Source of the DNA: a bacterium
GTDB lineage: Bacteria; Cyanobacteriota; Vampirovibrionia; Gastranaerophilales; JBAXKC01
Reading direction: 5' to 3'
Assembly (NCBI GenBank): GCA_037137535.1
Contig: JBAXKC010000024.1
Coordinates: 1 to 43,125 of the forward strand
DNA: 43,125 nt
Made by a program: the position numbers and the translations under genes. Under the pieces are notes generated by a model. That model saw only the letters and a program-made list of their open reading frames with translations. It was not told the DNA's origin and made no database searches. Of the stretch, positions 40,748 through 43,125 are shown piece by piece (the first letter of the stretch is position 1; each line of letters starts with the position of its first letter).

Positions 40748-40933
40748 TTTTACATCCTTATTACTAAACGAAATTTATATACAAATATAAATACAAAGAT
40801 AAATTTGAATTGCTCAAATAAAAGATTTTTTTAACATAATTTAATAAAAAAGTTTTAGTTAGATAAATTATGTAGCAACTATGCTAGTAAAATTTATTTA
40901 CACAACTATCTTAAGTAAATTACAGTAAAATAA

Positions 40934-40962
40934 TAAAAGAGCAGATACAATTGATCGGCTCT
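40934..40962 (-). terminator. Intrinsic terminator
   Basis: AGAGCCGAT...ATCTGCTCT-TTT on the minus strand after the 167-aa gene. Confidence 0.55.
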
Positions 40963-41010
40963 CTGTAAACTTAACAGATAAAGAAACTTTTTCTTGTTTT
41001 ATAATATGAT

Positions 41011-41514
41011 TTACTTCTTAAAAACTTTACCTGCTTTTGCTTTGTTTTGCTCAATTAATTCTTGAGCAATTCTTAAAGTTTGTTCATCCATTCTTTTTGA
41101 TCCAATAATTGTTGTTAAGGCTGTTACATTTTGAAAAGCAATTGCTGCTGCTCCTGCAACTCCATGCACAACTGTAGCAAGAAGAGGGCCTGTTACAGCC
41201 GCAAGTTCAGCTCCTGTTTTAGTTCCTTCAAGAGTATGTTTTAGGATAGTTTTTTTATTTTTTACTTGAGTTCCAATTGAGCTTAAAAAACCTACTAGTC
41301 CACCGGTTACAGCTCCAGCAGGTATTTCATATAATGCTGTATCACGAAGTGCTTGCGCAACAGGGCTGGTAATAAGCAGTTGTTCAACTTTAGGCGCAGC
41401 ATCAGGAAGAACTACTTTTATTGCATTTGCTGTTATTTTTGGCGTAGTACAAGCAAGCATTGCTGTTGCACTTGCTGCCATAAAGGTGTTTTTAGCTACT
41501 GTAAAATTATTCAT
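41011..41514 (-). CDS. Ala/Gly-rich hypothetical membrane protein
   Basis: AAGGA RBS; glycine-zipper-like GAVTGGLVG and hydrophobic helices. Confidence 0.75.
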   Translation of the reverse strand: MNNFTVAKNTFMAASATAMLACTTPKITANAIKVVLPDAAPKVEQLLITSPVAQALRDTALYEIPAGAVTGGLVGFLSSIGTQVKNKKTILKHTLEGTKTGAELAAVTGPLLATVVHGVAGAAAIAFQNVTALTTIIGSKRMDEQTLRIAQELIEQNKAKAGKVFKK

Positions 41515-41656
41515 TTTTTGTTCCTTTTATATCCTTTTATTGTTATAAAACATGTAAAAACTATTCATGCCTTAGTTTAAGTAAATTAAAATATTTTGTT
41601 ACATTTTTATTAATATATTAATAGTTTCTCTAGTTTGAACAAAAAAAAGGCACAAA

Positions 41657-41680
41657 AAAAGAAGGATTTAACCTTCTTTT
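41657..41680. terminator. Intrinsic terminator
   Basis: AAAAGAAGG-atttaa-CCTTCTTTT downstream of the 88-aa gene. Confidence 0.65.
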
Positions 41681-41703
41681 AGGTATTATATTTATTTGAT
41701 TTA

Positions 41704-41970
41704 TTATCCAATAAGGTTTAAACCTGCTTCTATCGGTTGTTCTGTTGTTGTTTCATTCATCGCATTGAACATTGCAGATGCTCTATCTTTAATAAAACTG
41801 AAGAAGGACTGACCATCAACTAAGTCGTTTTTTCTTACATCTTCTGTTTCTTTTAAAAACATATCGCTATTTGCTTTACTTGAAAAAGCTAACATTTCTA
41901 CTGATGGTCTTTGATTTCCTTTAAAAGCAATTGGTTGTGTATTGAAGTTATTTATTTTATTTATATTCAT
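41704..41970 (-). CDS. Small leader-bearing hypothetical protein (88 aa)
   Basis: GAGG RBS; MNINKI...IAFKG; terminator downstream. Confidence 0.8.
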   Translation of the reverse strand: MNINKINNFNTQPIAFKGNQRPSVEMLAFSSKANSDMFLKETEDVRKNDLVDGQSFFSFIKDRASAMFNAMNETTTEQPIEAGLNLIG

Positions 41971-42014
41971 TATTTTCTTAGCCTCTTATTTATTTTGTGT
42001 GGAATTAATTTATT

Positions 42015-42128
42015 AGTGTTTTATCTACACTTTTATATTACCACACTAAAGTGTCGTGTCTACACTTTTTAATAAATAATTTATATCGTATAAGTTTGTT
42101 AAGATTATGTTAGTGTCTAAATGACACT
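42015..42128. promoter_or_regulatory. Three palindromic operator-like sites AGTGT-N7-ACACT
   Basis: Exact copies at 42015-42031, 42050-42066, 42112-42128. Confidence 0.7.
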
Positions 42129-42461
42129 TATTGCCTTGTTTTTGGCTGAAATACATGTATTTATTGAGTTTCAAACTTAACTTAATAGTTCTTAACAATA
42201 TACTTTGTTTTGTTATTTATTATTTGCATTAATCTCTGAATTCTCTATACCATCACTATTTCAGGCTTTGTCTAGTCTTATTTTATAAGATTTCTCTATT
42301 TCATTATAAAAAATGTCGAGTAAGCCTTTTTAATAATATAGTTCTATGGAGCTAGTCAAAAATAAAATATTTAGTTCTCAAGACACGTAAAATCCTACTT
42401 GATAAAAGATATACTAAATAAATATTAAATAGTTTATGTGTGTATGATAGGAGTAAAAAGG

Positions 42462-42968
42462 ATGGTATCTGGAATTGGAGTGATTAACCATAATCCATTT
42501 GGAAATAGCAAAGTACAAGAAAAAAAACAAATTGACCCGCAAATTCTTTCATTTCTTGAAAAATTAGGAGTAGATACTAGTAAATTAACAGGTGATCCAG
42601 TAAAAGATTCTGCAATAATTCAGCCTGCAATGCAAAAAGCAGAACAATCAGGTCTAATAGGCGCATCTGATAATGATAAAATTAATAAAGGCCATCATGG
42701 CAAGCCACCAGAAGAAATGCAGCAATTATTCAGCTTTATGGGAGAGATAGGTCTTTCTCCAACAGGCTCAATTGAAAGTGATATGACTGCAATTTCAGCT
42801 AAACTATCTACAATGAGTTCGCAAGCTACAACTGATCAAGAAAAAGCCAATGTAGCAAGCTTACAGGCTAATTATCAAACTATTTTAAGCCAAATTAACT
42901 CAGTACCGTTTAGTGCCGAACAAAATCAAGCATCATTGTTAAATAAACATTTTATGTTATCTAAATAA
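42462..42968 (+). CDS. Hypothetical protein with internal repeat
   Basis: ATG 42462 follows AGGAG; two TG-x4-D-x3-I segments. Confidence 0.75.
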   Translation: MVSGIGVINHNPFGNSKVQEKKQIDPQILSFLEKLGVDTSKLTGDPVKDSAIIQPAMQKAEQSGLIGASDNDKINKGHHGKPPEEMQQLFSFMGEIGLSPTGSIESDMTAISAKLSTMSSQATTDQEKANVASLQANYQTILSQINSVPFSAEQNQASLLNKHFMLSK

Positions 42969-42981
42969 AAATAATTTATAG

Positions 42982-43009
42982 ATTCCCCCTATTATTTAGC
43001 AGGGGGAAT
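42982..43009. terminator. Terminator-like hairpin
   Basis: ATTCCCCCT-N10-AGGGGGAAT right after the stop codon. Confidence 0.65.
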
Positions 43010-43125
43010 GTAATGTATAGAAAACTAATTACTTATATTTATAGTAGTTAATGCATTATTTTTATTAGAATGAATCCATAAATAATTTTGTGTAAACCTC
43101 CGAGAAAATGTATAGTAGAAACGGA

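Noticed and set aside
41449-41514. Possible lipoprotein signal (MLAC)
   Set aside because: Poor lipobox and weak hydrophobic core
515-41580. Numerous short antisense or out-of-frame ORFs in the track (e.g. 14752..15147, 16953..17357, 25519..26028, 32667..33164, 36179..36658)
   Set aside because: They overlap well-supported genes and show no recognisable motifs; treated as shadow ORFs
1-43125. CRISPR array, rRNA, prophage or secretion-apparatus genes
   Set aside because: No regularly spaced repeats or recognisable genes of these types found by eye

Overview
AT-rich bacterial chromosomal window. The lineage is inferred, not proven, to be Melainabacteria/Vampirovibrionia (Gastranaerophilales-like), from the style of the hypothetical proteins and a cyanobacteria-like GH10-like gene. 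The housekeeping core is tRNA-Pro(GGG), dprA-topA-aroE-MFS, aroF-tyrA, suhB, queD-folK-trpA-HI0933, a CZB chemoreceptor, purCSQLFMNDE behind a guanine riboswitch, and etfBA. An ISAs1-family element (15-bp IRs, 10-bp target duplication, frameshifted transposase) splits a membrane-anchored Ser/Thr kinase gene. The most striking signal is a set of at least seven unrelated proteins sharing a low-complexity N-terminal leader with a hydrophobic-x-F-[KQS]-[GAS] motif. They include a kinase and a tandem acyltransferase / zeta-like kinase / phosphatase / nucleotidyltransferase cluster. Several accessory genes also share a GCAA-N27/28-TATATWAA upstream element. Together these suggest a co-regulated repertoire of exported or targeted effector-like enzymes. 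Other signals are a riboswitch that appears to act on translation, a triple AGTGT-N7-ACACT operator, and a QueD with the dual PTPS-I/III motif next to folK.
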